Source of the DNA: Candidatus Cacconaster equifaecalis
GTDB lineage: Bacteria; Bacteroidota; Bacteroidia; Bacteroidales; UBA932
Direction: 5' to 3'
Length of the DNA stretch: 60,631 nt
Assembly: GCA_018064445.1 (NCBI GenBank)
Contig: JAGHVE010000070.1
Coordinates: 1-60,631 of the forward strand
The notes under the pieces are model-generated. The model had not been told where the DNA came from, made no database searches, and saw nothing but the letters and a program-made list of their open reading frames with translations. The position numbers and the translations under genes were made by a program. Below, piece after piece: positions 28,547 through 37,935 of the stretch. Numbering within the stretch: position 1 is the first letter of the stretch; the number at the start of each line of letters is the position of its first letter.

Positions 28547-30612
28547 CTTGTACGCAGCTGAAGGTTGCCGTCGACATAGGTCGCGGTGACGGTGGAGTTT
28601 TTCGGGATGGTCCCGTCCAGGAGGCCTCTGGCAAGTGCGTCCACCAATTCCCGCTGAAGGACACGTTTGACGGGCCTGGCTCCGTAGGCGGGGTCGTAGC
28701 CCTTGTCGCTCAGATAGTCGGTGAACTCTTCGCTGAACTCGAGGTCTATGCCCATAGAGGACATTTTTTCCTTCAGCAGCCCTGTCTGCAGGAGCAGAAT
28801 CTTGCGGATATCCTCCGGCTTCAGTTCGTGGAAAGTGATGATTTCATCGATTCTGTTGAGAAACTCCGGGCGGAAATGGTCCCTGATCAGGTCGGGCCTT
28901 AGGTTGGAGGTCATTATCAGAATCGTGTTCTTGAAATCGACGGTACGTCCCTTGTTGTCCGTCAGACGGCCGTCGTCCAGTACCTGGAGAAGGGTGTTGA
29001 AGACATCCGGATGCGCTTTTTCGATTTCGTCCAGAAGAATGACGGAATAGGGCTTGCGGCGGACGGCCTCGGTCAGCTGACCTCCTTCGTCATATCCGAC
29101 ATATCCCGGAGGCGCCCCCACCAGCCGGCTGACGGTGTGCCTTTCCTGATACTCGCTCATATCTATGCGGGTAATCATATTCTCGTCATTGAAGAGATAC
29201 TCTGCAAGTGTCTTGGCCAGTTCCGTCTTGCCCACACCGGTCGTCCCGAGGAACATAAAGCTTCCGATCGGACGCTTCTCATTCTGCAGTCCGGCGCGGG
29301 AACGGCGGACTGCATTTGAGACAGCCTCAATGGCTTCGTCCTGACCGATGACCCGACGGTGCAGAACATCTTCAATGTGCAGAAGCTTTTCCCTTTCGCT
29401 CTCCAGCATCCTGTTTACGGGGATTCCGGTCCAGCGGGCTACAACCTCCGCTATGTCCTCGTCCGTGACAGCTTCGTTCATAATAGGATTCGGGTTCCCG
29501 GCTTTTTCTGCCTCAAGTTTTTCTATTTCAGCCTTCGCTTGGGCGATACGCCCGTACCGCAACTCGGCGACACGTCCGTAATCACCGCGCCTTTCAGCCT
29601 CGTCGGCTTCGTTACGGTACTCTTCTATTGCCTGACGGTTCTCCTGAATCGCCTTGAGCAATCCCTTCTCGTAATCCCACTGCTTCCCCAATTCGGCCCT
29701 GCGTTTCGAAGTCTGTGCTATTTCCGCCTCGATGTTGGAGAGTTTCGGACTCTCTCCATCTCTCTTGACGGCCTCTTTTTCAATTTCCAGCTGTTTGATT
29801 TTCCTGTCCAGCTCATCAATGCACTCCGGGACGGAATTCATCTCCAGACGCAGTTTCGAGGCCGCCTCGTCAATCAGGTCTATGGCCTTGTCAGGCAGGA
29901 AACGGTTGGTTATGTAGCGATGGGAGAGCTCCACGGCGGCGATGATTGCATCATCCTCAATCCTGACCTTGTGATGGTTCTCGTATTTCTCCTTGAGGCC
30001 ACGCAGAATCGAGATGGACTGTGCGGTTGTCGGCTGTTCCACCGTCACCATCTGGAAACGGCGTTCCAGCGCCTTGTCGGTTTCAAAATATTTCTGATAT
30101 TCGTCGAGTGTGGTGGAACCAATGGCCCTGAGTTCTCCGCGGGCCAGAGCCGGCTTGAGGATATTGGCGGCATCCATCGCCCCGGAGGATCTTCCGGCAC
30201 CGACAAGGGTGTGGATTTCATCTATGAAAAGGATGATTTCACCCTCGCTTTCGGTCACGGCCTTCACAACTCCCTTGAGTCTTTCCTCAAACTCCCCCTG
30301 ATATTTGGCTCCGGCTATAAGGGCGCCCATATCAAGAGAATAGACTTCCTTTCTTTTCAGGTTCTCAGGTACGTCCCCGTTGATTATCCTTTGGGCGATG
30401 CCTTCCGAAATGGCCGTCTTGCCCACACCGGGTTCTCCGACCAGTATGGGATTGTTTTTGGTACGTCGGCTCAGAATCTGGAGTACACGCCTGATTTCCT
30501 CATCCCGTCCGATGACCGGATCCAGCTTACCGCTTCGCGCTCTTTCATTCAGATTCACTGCATATCTGCCGAGCAGTTCAATATTTTCCTTGTTCATAAT
30601 CATTCCCTCCAT
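28528..30612 (-). CDS. clpB: ClpB-type AAA+ disaggregase lacking the N-terminal Clp_N domain
   Basis: It has two AAA+ modules (GEPGVGKTA and GTTGVGKTE) separated by a long coiled-coil middle domain, which is a ClpB hallmark. The protein begins [42 protein letters not shown], directly at the NBD1 linker. The ORF-track start at 30645 is TTG, so I used the first ATG at 30612; ATGs at 30603 and 30597 are alternatives. Confidence 0.9.
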   Translation of the reverse strand: MEGMIMNKENIELLGRYAVNLNERARSGKLDPVIGRDEEIRRVLQILSRRTKNNPILVGEPGVGKTAISEGIAQRIINGDVPENLKRKEVYSLDMGALIAGAKYQGEFEERLKGVVKAVTESEGEIILFIDEIHTLVGAGRSSGAMDAANILKPALARGELRAIGSTTLDEYQKYFETDKALERRFQMVTVEQPTTAQSISILRGLKEKYENHHKVRIEDDAIIAAVELSHRYITNRFLPDKAIDLIDEAASKLRLEMNSVPECIDELDRKIKQLEIEKEAVKRDGESPKLSNIEAEIAQTSKRRAELGKQWDYEKGLLKAIQENRQAIEEYRNEADEAERRGDYGRVAELRYGRIAQAKAEIEKLEAEKAGNPNPIMNEAVTDEDIAEVVARWTGIPVNRMLESEREKLLHIEDVLHRRVIGQDEAIEAVSNAVRRSRAGLQNEKRPIGSFMFLGTTGVGKTELAKTLAEYLFNDENMITRIDMSEYQERHTVSRLVGAPPGYVGYDEGGQLTEAVRRKPYSVILLDEIEKAHPDVFNTLLQVLDDGRLTDNKGRTVDFKNTILIMTSNLRPDLIRDHFRPEFLNRIDEIITFHELKPEDIRKILLLQTGLLKEKMSSMGIDLEFSEEFTDYLSDKGYDPAYGARPVKRVLQRELVDALARGLLDGTIPKNSTVTATYVDGNLQLRTSQNGRA

Positions 30613-30723
30613 ATTACAATACGCTGACTTATGGACAATATTCAAACCAACCGCAAAACGGCTGACAATTTGTCACATTGTTGTCATAGCGAAAATTAAT
30701 TTGTCGAAAAGGGAAATAAGTGT

Positions 30724-30731
30724 TAAATTTG
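30724..30731 (+). promoter_or_regulatory. Candidate -7 box (TAAATTTG) for the cytochrome-FGE / oxidoreductase / TIM-barrel operon
   Basis: Exact TAnnTTTG match, 7 nt upstream of the ATG at 30739. This implies a leaderless or near-leaderless mRNA. Confidence 0.45.
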
Positions 30732-30738
30732 TGAGGAT

Positions 30739-32271
30739 ATGACAAGCGAGACGAAGCATAAACTTATCATAGCCTTATCCTGTGGCTTCGCCGGCGTGGC
30801 ATTGATGCTTGGCATCGACTATGCGGCCGGCAGAACATCTACCAACGACTATTGTGCATCCTGTCACGTTCACCCGGACGCCGACAAAAGCTGGAAACAG
30901 AGTTCCCACTTCCTGAACTCTTCAGGCACGATGGCCGACTGTGCGGAGTGTCACCTCCCTCCCAAGGACAATTACTTCCATCATATGGCCGCAAAGGCAG
31001 GCACGGGTATGAAAGACCTGATGTCCTATATGTTCAAGGATACCGAAAAGATTGACTGGGACTCCAGGAAGGAGCTTGAATATGCCACCGGAATCGTTTA
31101 CAACGAGTCCTGCCTGAAGTGTCATCACGACCTGTATCCGGAAGGAATCAGCGATGACGGCATCTCCGCCCACCTCTATTATGACGAACACGCCGAGGAA
31201 CTGGATCTGCAGTGCATAAACTGCCATCTGGACGTGGGGCACTACAATCCCGGCTATACCCATCAGCGTCTGAGCGGAATTGTCCGCGACATCGTGGGCG
31301 AGTCGAGGACAAAATATTCCGAGGCTACGGAAGTGACATCCTTCAGCTCTTTCGAGGAACATATTCCCGGTACTGCCGTAAGTCTGAAGATGGTAGCCGT
31401 CCCCGGCGGCAGCTTCACAATGGGCAGTCCGAAGAACGAACCTTTGCGCAATGAAAATGAGGGTCCGCAGCGTCAGGTGACTGTGTCGGACTTTTTTATG
31501 GGCGAGGTTGAGGTGACCTGGGACCAGTACTGGGCGTTCTACAACGAAACGATGTCCGAGGGACGTACTCCTCCCGAGAAGATATATCAGCACAACTCCA
31601 CTCCCGGAATCGATGCCGTCAGCGGTCCGACCCCTCCTTTCGGAAACCCGGATCAGGGCTGGGGGATGAACAGCCGTCCAGCGCTCACTATGACACATTA
31701 TGCCGCTGAGACGTTCTGCCAGTGGCTCAGCCTCAAGACAGGCAAGCATTACAGGCTTCCGACAGAAGCCGAATGGGAATATGCCGCAAGAGGCGGTTCC
31801 AGTACCCCATACTTCTTTGACGGAAATCCGAAGAAATTCTCGTCAAGAGGATTTCTCCGCAATGTCTTCAAGCCCGATACGGCTATGATAAACAGATATG
31901 TCATCTATGCTCTGAACAGCCGGAACCGTACTCAGATTCCTGATATGGTAGCCCCCAACCCGCTGGGATTGAAGAATATGCTCGGCAATGTGATGGAGTA
32001 TTGCTCCGACTGGTACGCCGAGGATGCATACAGTTCGCTGAAGGATGGTGCGGTTGACCCCAAGGGTCCTGCCGAAGGAACGGAACACGTTGTCCGCGGA
32101 GGTCTCTATAACAGCGATGCTGCGGAGGTGCGCAGCGCTTCCCGTGCCGCAACGAATCACGATGCGTGGCTGAAGACCGACCCGCAGAAACCCAAGAGCA
32201 TCTGGTGGTACTCGGACATCAAGGGAATAGGATTCCGCGTAGTGTGTGACTTGCCTGAAACGATTAAATAA
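30739..32271 (+). CDS. Membrane-anchored tetraheme NapC/NirT/NrfH-type cytochrome c fused to an FGE/SUMF1-fold (sulfatase-modifying-factor-like) domain
   Basis: 510 aa with an N-terminal TM helix ([20 protein letters not shown]). Four CxxCH motifs are present: CASCH at 30853-30867, CAECH at 30940-30954, CLKCH at 31111-31125 and CINCH at 31213-31227. The C-terminal ~300 aa carry FGE-sulfatase-domain motifs ([11 protein letters not shown]...[51 protein letters not shown]...GFRVV). Confidence 0.85.
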   Translation: MTSETKHKLIIALSCGFAGVALMLGIDYAAGRTSTNDYCASCHVHPDADKSWKQSSHFLNSSGTMADCAECHLPPKDNYFHHMAAKAGTGMKDLMSYMFKDTEKIDWDSRKELEYATGIVYNESCLKCHHDLYPEGISDDGISAHLYYDEHAEELDLQCINCHLDVGHYNPGYTHQRLSGIVRDIVGESRTKYSEATEVTSFSSFEEHIPGTAVSLKMVAVPGGSFTMGSPKNEPLRNENEGPQRQVTVSDFFMGEVEVTWDQYWAFYNETMSEGRTPPEKIYQHNSTPGIDAVSGPTPPFGNPDQGWGMNSRPALTMTHYAAETFCQWLSLKTGKHYRLPTEAEWEYAARGGSSTPYFFDGNPKKFSSRGFLRNVFKPDTAMINRYVIYALNSRNRTQIPDMVAPNPLGLKNMLGNVMEYCSDWYAEDAYSSLKDGAVDPKGPAEGTEHVVRGGLYNSDAAEVRSASRAATNHDAWLKTDPQKPKSIWWYSDIKGIGFRVVCDLPETIK

Positions 32272-32281
32272 CCATAATATT

Positions 32282-33622
32282 ATGAGCAGCAAAAATTTAA
32301 ACCGCAGAGAGTTTCTCTCAATGTCAGCAGTCATCGGAGCCGGCGCAGTAGTGGCTCCTTCAATCCTTTCATCCTGTGCCAAGGGAAGCGGCAACACGCC
32401 TCTCCGCCCTGCAGGCTCCTATTACGTTCCCGAACTTCCCGACAAGGCTGATGCCGGACGCGAACTGAAAGTGGGCGTCATCGGATGCGGTGGCCGTGCC
32501 ACGGGTGCAACCATCAACCTCCTCGATGCAGCTGACGGCATCACCGTCTATGCTGCAGGTGACGTTTTTGCAGACAGAATCGCCAGTTTCCAGGAAACTA
32601 TCGGTGAAAGGGGACAGCACGTCGATCCCGAGCGCGTGTTCGTAGGCTTCGATGCATACAAGAAAGTCATCGACAGCGGAGTTGATATGGTCATCATCGC
32701 AACGCCTCCCGTATTCCGTCCCGAGCATTTCAAATATGCTACTGAAAAGGGCGTTCACTCTTTCCTTGAGAAACCTATCGCAGTGGATGCAAAGGGATAC
32801 CGTACCATTATGGCCACAGCGAAGCAGGCTGAAGCAAAGGGACTCAGCGTGGTTACCGGAACTCAGCGTCATCACCAGCGTCCTTACGTAGAAGCTTTCA
32901 AGCTCATTCAGGAAGGCGCAATCGGTGAGATTACCGGCGGTAACGTATATTGGAACCAGGGTATGCTCTGGTATCGTGAACGCGAAAAGGGCTGGAGCGA
33001 TATGGAATGGATGATCCGTGACTGGGTCAACTGGAAATGGCTCTCCGGAGACCATATCGTCGAGCAGCACGTCCACAATATCGACGTGTTCCTCTGGATG
33101 GCCGGAATGCACCCCGTGAAGGCTACTGCATTCGGTGCAAGACACCGCCGCAAGACAGGTGACCAGTACGACCAGTTCAGCGTCGATTTCGAATTCGAGA
33201 ACGGCATTCATCTTCACAGCATGTGCCGCCAGATAGACGGAACAAGCACCAACGTTTCAGAGTTCATTCAGGGTACGAAGGGAAGCTGGAACAGCGACGA
33301 GCACGTCATCAAGGACCTCAAGGGCAATGTGCTCTGGAAATATGAAGATGATCCCAAGTTCTCACAGTTCGACCCTTATGTTCTTGAGCACGTCGACTGG
33401 GTCAACCATATCAGAAGAGGTGAAGCCCACGTTGAGGCCGGTGATACCGGAATCTCAAGCCTTGCAGGCGTGATGGGCCGTGAAGCCGCATATACCGGAC
33501 AGACCGTCGAGTGGGACATCATCAGCAACTCAGACCTCGACTATATGCCGGCCAAACTCGAACTCGGTGCAATGCCTATGTCTGAGTACAAGGTGGCTGT
33601 TCCCGGTTCCGCAGAAGAATAG
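32282..33622 (+). CDS. Tat-signal Gfo/Idh/MocA-family NAD(P)-dependent oxidoreductase lipoprotein (GH109-like / glycoside 3-dehydrogenase-like)
   Basis: I trimmed the start to the ATG at 32282 (MSSKNLNRREFLSMSAVIGAGAVVAPSILSSC), which gives a twin-arginine motif plus a lipobox Cys. It has a Rossmann motif (KVGVIGCGGRATGA) and the family pattern EKPIAVD...GEI. It starts 10 nt after the upstream stop. Confidence 0.88.
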   Translation: MSSKNLNRREFLSMSAVIGAGAVVAPSILSSCAKGSGNTPLRPAGSYYVPELPDKADAGRELKVGVIGCGGRATGATINLLDAADGITVYAAGDVFADRIASFQETIGERGQHVDPERVFVGFDAYKKVIDSGVDMVIIATPPVFRPEHFKYATEKGVHSFLEKPIAVDAKGYRTIMATAKQAEAKGLSVVTGTQRHHQRPYVEAFKLIQEGAIGEITGGNVYWNQGMLWYREREKGWSDMEWMIRDWVNWKWLSGDHIVEQHVHNIDVFLWMAGMHPVKATAFGARHRRKTGDQYDQFSVDFEFENGIHLHSMCRQIDGTSTNVSEFIQGTKGSWNSDEHVIKDLKGNVLWKYEDDPKFSQFDPYVLEHVDWVNHIRRGEAHVEAGDTGISSLAGVMGREAAYTGQTVEWDIISNSDLDYMPAKLELGAMPMSEYKVAVPGSAEE

Positions 33623-33645
33623 AAACGTTGAAAACTCTACTTGCA

Positions 33646-34560
33646 ATGGACAGAAGAAATTTCATAAAGACATCTTCCTTCGGACTGACGGCGGCGGCCG
33701 TTGCCGGTAGCGGTGTGGTTTCGCTTTCATCCTGCTGCGGCAAGAGCGCTCCCGTGAAGAAGGACGTATCACTCAATATATCATTCCAGGAAGGGATTGC
33801 CCCGGGCGAGAGCCTCAATGAGAAGTTCGATTATATGGAGGAACTCGGTGTCGTAGGATTCGAACCCGGCGGAAGGGACCTTGCAAAACGTGTTCAGGAA
33901 ATACAGGATGCTCTCAAGGGACGCAATATCAAAGTTTCTGCAATCTGTGCCGGTTTCGACGGTTTCATCCTTGCGGAGGATCCGGCTGAGAAGACCGCAT
34001 TCGACACTACGATGCGTGAGATAATCGCGGCGGCCGGACAGCTCGGTTCCACCGGTGTCATAATGGTTCCCGCATTCAACGGCCAGCTCCCCTGCAAGCC
34101 CCATACCCGCGAGACCCGCGAGTTCCTTGTGGATGAACTTGCAAAGTTGGGTGAGTATGCTCTTAAATGCGGTACTACAGTGATTCTGGAGCCTCTCAAC
34201 CGTGAGGAGTGCCATTATCTGCGTCTTGTATCCGACGCTGCGGCAATCTGCCGTGACGTAAATTGCGAGGGCGTGAAATGTATGGGTGACTTCTGGCATA
34301 TGAAGGAGGAGACATCCGACTATGCAGCCTTCATAGCGGCGGGTACGAAGTATCTGCAGCACGTCCATATGGCAAGCCGTGGCAACCGCTGTATGCCGGG
34401 TGAGGACGGTGACAAGGACAATTACGTTGACGGATTCCGCGCACTCAAGGAGATAGGCTATGACAAATATGTCAGCTTCGAGTGCGGCTGCAAGGGTGAG
34501 CGTGAAATAAGTGTCCCTGCGGCAGTCGAGCTTATCCGTTCACAGTGGGAACAGGCGTAA
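33646..34560 (+). CDS. Tat-signal xylose-isomerase-like TIM-barrel protein (sugar phosphate isomerase/epimerase family) lipoprotein
   Basis: The ATG at 33646 gives MDRRNFIKTSSFGLTAAAVAGSGVVSLSSCC, a twin-arginine motif plus a lipobox. The ORF-track start at 33628 is TTG. AP_endonuc_2-type motifs are present (VILEPLNREE, GDFWHMKEE). Confidence 0.85.
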   Translation: MDRRNFIKTSSFGLTAAAVAGSGVVSLSSCCGKSAPVKKDVSLNISFQEGIAPGESLNEKFDYMEELGVVGFEPGGRDLAKRVQEIQDALKGRNIKVSAICAGFDGFILAEDPAEKTAFDTTMREIIAAAGQLGSTGVIMVPAFNGQLPCKPHTRETREFLVDELAKLGEYALKCGTTVILEPLNREECHYLRLVSDAAAICRDVNCEGVKCMGDFWHMKEETSDYAAFIAAGTKYLQHVHMASRGNRCMPGEDGDKDNYVDGFRALKEIGYDKYVSFECGCKGEREISVPAAVELIRSQWEQA

Positions 34561-34600
34561 AGTTTTTGTAGTTATTTGCCGTGGTAAGGAATATTTTTTG

Positions 34601-34608
34601 TACTTTTG
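34601..34608 (+). promoter_or_regulatory. Candidate -7 box (TACTTTTG) for gapA, with a TTTG -33-like element at 34575-34578
   Basis: Exact TAnnTTTG match, 47 nt upstream of the ATG at 34656. An upstream TTTG lies 22 nt before it. Confidence 0.45.
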
Positions 34609-34637
34609 CGGCGCTTTAGGAAACAGATCAAACTTAA

Positions 34638-35660
<1,023 letters not shown>

Positions 35661-35679
35661 TTCGTAAAACACATAATTT

Positions 35680-35715
35680 TCAGCCAGCCAGAGCCATCTG
35701 ACTGGCTGATTTGTT
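35680..35715 (+). terminator. Possible intrinsic terminator after gapA
   Basis: An 8-bp stem forms between tcagccag (35680-35687) and ctggctga (35702-35709) with a 14-nt loop, followed by tttgtt. The stem is AT/GC-mixed and the U-tract is short, so this is only a moderate candidate. Confidence 0.35.
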
Positions 35716-35718
35716 CAT

Positions 35719-36441
35719 ATGGAAACAAAGAAGAAACTTGTCGTCCTTTCCGGCTCCGGCATCAGCGCCGAGTCCGGAATCTCCACGTTCCGTGGGGGAA
35801 ACGGCCTTTGGGACAATGTGCCGGTAGAGGAGATATGTACCCCCGAAGGGTGGTATCGCAACCCCGCCAAGGTTCTGGAGTTCTACAATAAGCGCAGGGC
35901 TCAACTGGGTGAGGTTGAGCCGAACGATGCCCACAGAATAATAGTGGAGCTCGAAGCTGATTACAACGTCGAGGTAATCACACAGAACGTTGACAATCTT
36001 CACGAGAGGGCAGGCAGCCGCAATGTCCTGCACTTGCACGGAGAATTGACAAAAGTGCGTCCGGAAGACTGTTATACGGACCGGGACGGCTATTCGATGA
36101 AATATGTGTCCGATATCGGATATCGGTCGGTGAATATGGGTGAGACCGGAGGCCCGCGGAACAGGCAGCTCCGTCCCCATATAGTCTGGTTCGGAGAGGC
36201 GGTCCCCAATCTTGAGAGGGCGGCTGCTATCGTGCAGGAGGCGGATATCCTTCTGGTGATAGGGACATCGATGCAGGTCTATCCGGCCGCGATGCTCCAC
36301 AGGTATGCGCCGTCAGGCTGCAGAATCTATATGATTGACCCTGCGGATGAACCTGCGGGAGCCATCAGGGGTGTGACGCATATCAAGGATGTGGCCACTT
36401 CTGGAATGAGGCAGTTCCGGAAGTTACTGAATAAAGACTGA
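35719..36441 (+). CDS. cobB: Sir2-family NAD-dependent protein deacylase lacking the canonical Zn-binding cysteines
   Basis: 240 aa with GSGISAESGISTFRG, TQNVDNLHERAG, the catalytic His in LHLHGE, LRPHIVWFGE and a GTS motif. The whole protein has only 3 Cys and no CxxC. Confidence 0.88.
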   Translation: METKKKLVVLSGSGISAESGISTFRGGNGLWDNVPVEEICTPEGWYRNPAKVLEFYNKRRAQLGEVEPNDAHRIIVELEADYNVEVITQNVDNLHERAGSRNVLHLHGELTKVRPEDCYTDRDGYSMKYVSDIGYRSVNMGETGGPRNRQLRPHIVWFGEAVPNLERAAAIVQEADILLVIGTSMQVYPAAMLHRYAPSGCRIYMIDPADEPAGAIRGVTHIKDVATSGMRQFRKLLNKD

Positions 36442-37935
36442 CTGCTTGAGAATATCTTTCAGAGTCTCCGCATCAATGTCCTTGGCTATGATGGTTTTGT
36501 CGTAGTCGAGCAGATAGAGGTGCGGGACATACTCAAGGTCATAGAGACGGTGCATTTCGCTATCTCCGTTCTTGTCCCAAAGGTAGCGCCAGTTTTTCGG
36601 CCCTTTCTTCACATACTCTTTCCACAGCTCTTCATCTTTGCCGGTATAAACGGCCACTACCCGGATGCTGTAGGATTTCAGAAGGGATTTGATTTTTACC
36701 AGTTCCCTGGTCATAGCCTCGCATTCCTCACAGGATACAAGGTGAAAGAATACCAGAGTGAGTTCGGGACCACATTCGTCATAGAGGGTTGACAACTTTC
36801 CCTTGGAGTTGTGAAGCAGCAGATTCTTTGCCTGCGAAAAGACTGGATTCAACTTCTCCTTCTCCAGTGCGTAGGATATTTTGTCAATGAATTCCTCCGA
36901 CCAGTACCAGGGTTCGCCTATGATATAGTCCCGGGCCACATTGACGGCCCCCTGCTGCAGCGCATATTGCCGGCTTGACCTGAGGTAGTTGAACAGATTG
37001 TAAAACACTTCCCTGTACAGGGTGGTGTCTCCGTCAACCTTCTTGTAGAAGTCTTTCGCCAGATAGTCCACGTCTTCCGGCATCACGGGCTCCAAATTGC
37101 TGAAAATCTTGTCGTACAGCTCGAAATAATCCTTGACGTCCTTATTTTTGATTCCCAGCAACTGGGACAGATTCTTTGCGTTGATTTTTCTCCCTATTAT
37201 GATGTTCTGATTGTCCATCAGATACATCATCGGAGTGGTGAAGATGCCGTATTTCTTGTGCATCAGGCTTTCGGCATCCGGGTCCCACAGGTTCACCACC
37301 CGTACCTTGGGATTTGCCATGCTGTCGAAATTAGCCTTGATATAACTGTCCCACGCGCCTAAGTCATCGGCCGTGTTCACCGCCACAAGGCAAAGGGGCT
37401 CGCCGTCGTAGACGCTCAGGAACTGTTTCAAGCCGGCTGTATATCTGGCGCAGGAGGAACATCCCGGCTCGTAGAAATAGAGAACCTTGAAGGGGGAGTC
37501 TATATTTCTGAAACTGACGGTTTCCCCGTCGGTATCTTTCAGCTCCAATTCGGGAGCCGGACGGCCCAGCAGCGAACTTTTCGTGAATTCGACGAAGGTG
37601 GAGAGCCAGGGGAAGGTGGCTTCATCGGGCCATTTGAGCCTGCCGTTGAGAAAGTAATTCTCAGCCACATAAACGGATACGGCTTCCGTCCCCATTATGG
37701 GACAGGAGTTGTAATAGTCATATGCAAGCCCTGCGGCAGCCGCACGGTTGCCGGAAGCGGAGTCAATCTGTGCTATGAGCCTGTCAACCCTGTCGCATAT
37801 CGTATCTGCGGGAAGCATCGCAATCGAGGCATAATACTCTTTCACGGAATCGTGTATCGAAAGCGTGTCCTGAGCCTGTGACAGCATCGTTGACGCTGTC
37901 AGAAACAGAATGATATGCAGCAGTTTCCTTCTCAC
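36424..37935 (-). CDS. Secreted TlpA/thioredoxin-like protein with two thioredoxin-fold modules
   Basis: 503 aa with a GTG start (GTGA overlap with the coaD stop) and a signal peptide ending SQAQD. CxxC motifs are CSSC (nt 37450-37461) and CEEC (nt 36721-36732), each in a TlpA-like context (FKVLYFYEPGCSSC; TLVFFHLVSCEEC). Confidence 0.72.
   Translation of the reverse strand: MRRKLLHIILFLTASTMLSQAQDTLSIHDSVKEYYASIAMLPADTICDRVDRLIAQIDSASGNRAAAAGLAYDYYNSCPIMGTEAVSVYVAENYFLNGRLKWPDEATFPWLSTFVEFTKSSLLGRPAPELELKDTDGETVSFRNIDSPFKVLYFYEPGCSSCARYTAGLKQFLSVYDGEPLCLVAVNTADDLGAWDSYIKANFDSMANPKVRVVNLWDPDAESLMHKKYGIFTTPMMYLMDNQNIIIGRKINAKNLSQLLGIKNKDVKDYFELYDKIFSNLEPVMPEDVDYLAKDFYKKVDGDTTLYREVFYNLFNYLRSSRQYALQQGAVNVARDYIIGEPWYWSEEFIDKISYALEKEKLNPVFSQAKNLLLHNSKGKLSTLYDECGPELTLVFFHLVSCEECEAMTRELVKIKSLLKSYSIRVVAVYTGKDEELWKEYVKKGPKNWRYLWDKNGDSEMHRLYDLEYVPHLYLLDYDKTIIAKDIDAETLKDILKQSVFIQ

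Noticed and set aside
29359-30627. 422-aa plus-strand ORF, the longest unexplained ORF in the track
   Set aside because: It is fully antisense to clpB, whose two Walker A motifs and middle domain fix the coding strand. The sequence is low-complexity with no domain signature.
30922-31749. 275-aa minus-strand ORF; checked as a possible displaced ClpB N-domain
   Set aside because: It is antisense to the cytochrome-FGE gene and shows no Clp repeat pattern. The ORF at 32369..33217 is likewise antisense to the oxidoreductase gene.
31375-32253. Interpretation of the FGE-fold domain as a genuine formylglycine-generating enzyme powered by the haem domain
   Set aside because: The copper-binding Cys pair of true FGEs (in GGSYxCHxSYCxRYR) is absent; the sequence here is [17 protein letters not shown]. 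No sulfatase gene lies in the window. I kept it only as an FGE-fold domain of unknown role.
35680-36300. 206-aa minus-strand ORF
   Set aside because: It is antisense to the Sir2-family gene, which has clear catalytic motifs. It has no motifs of its own.
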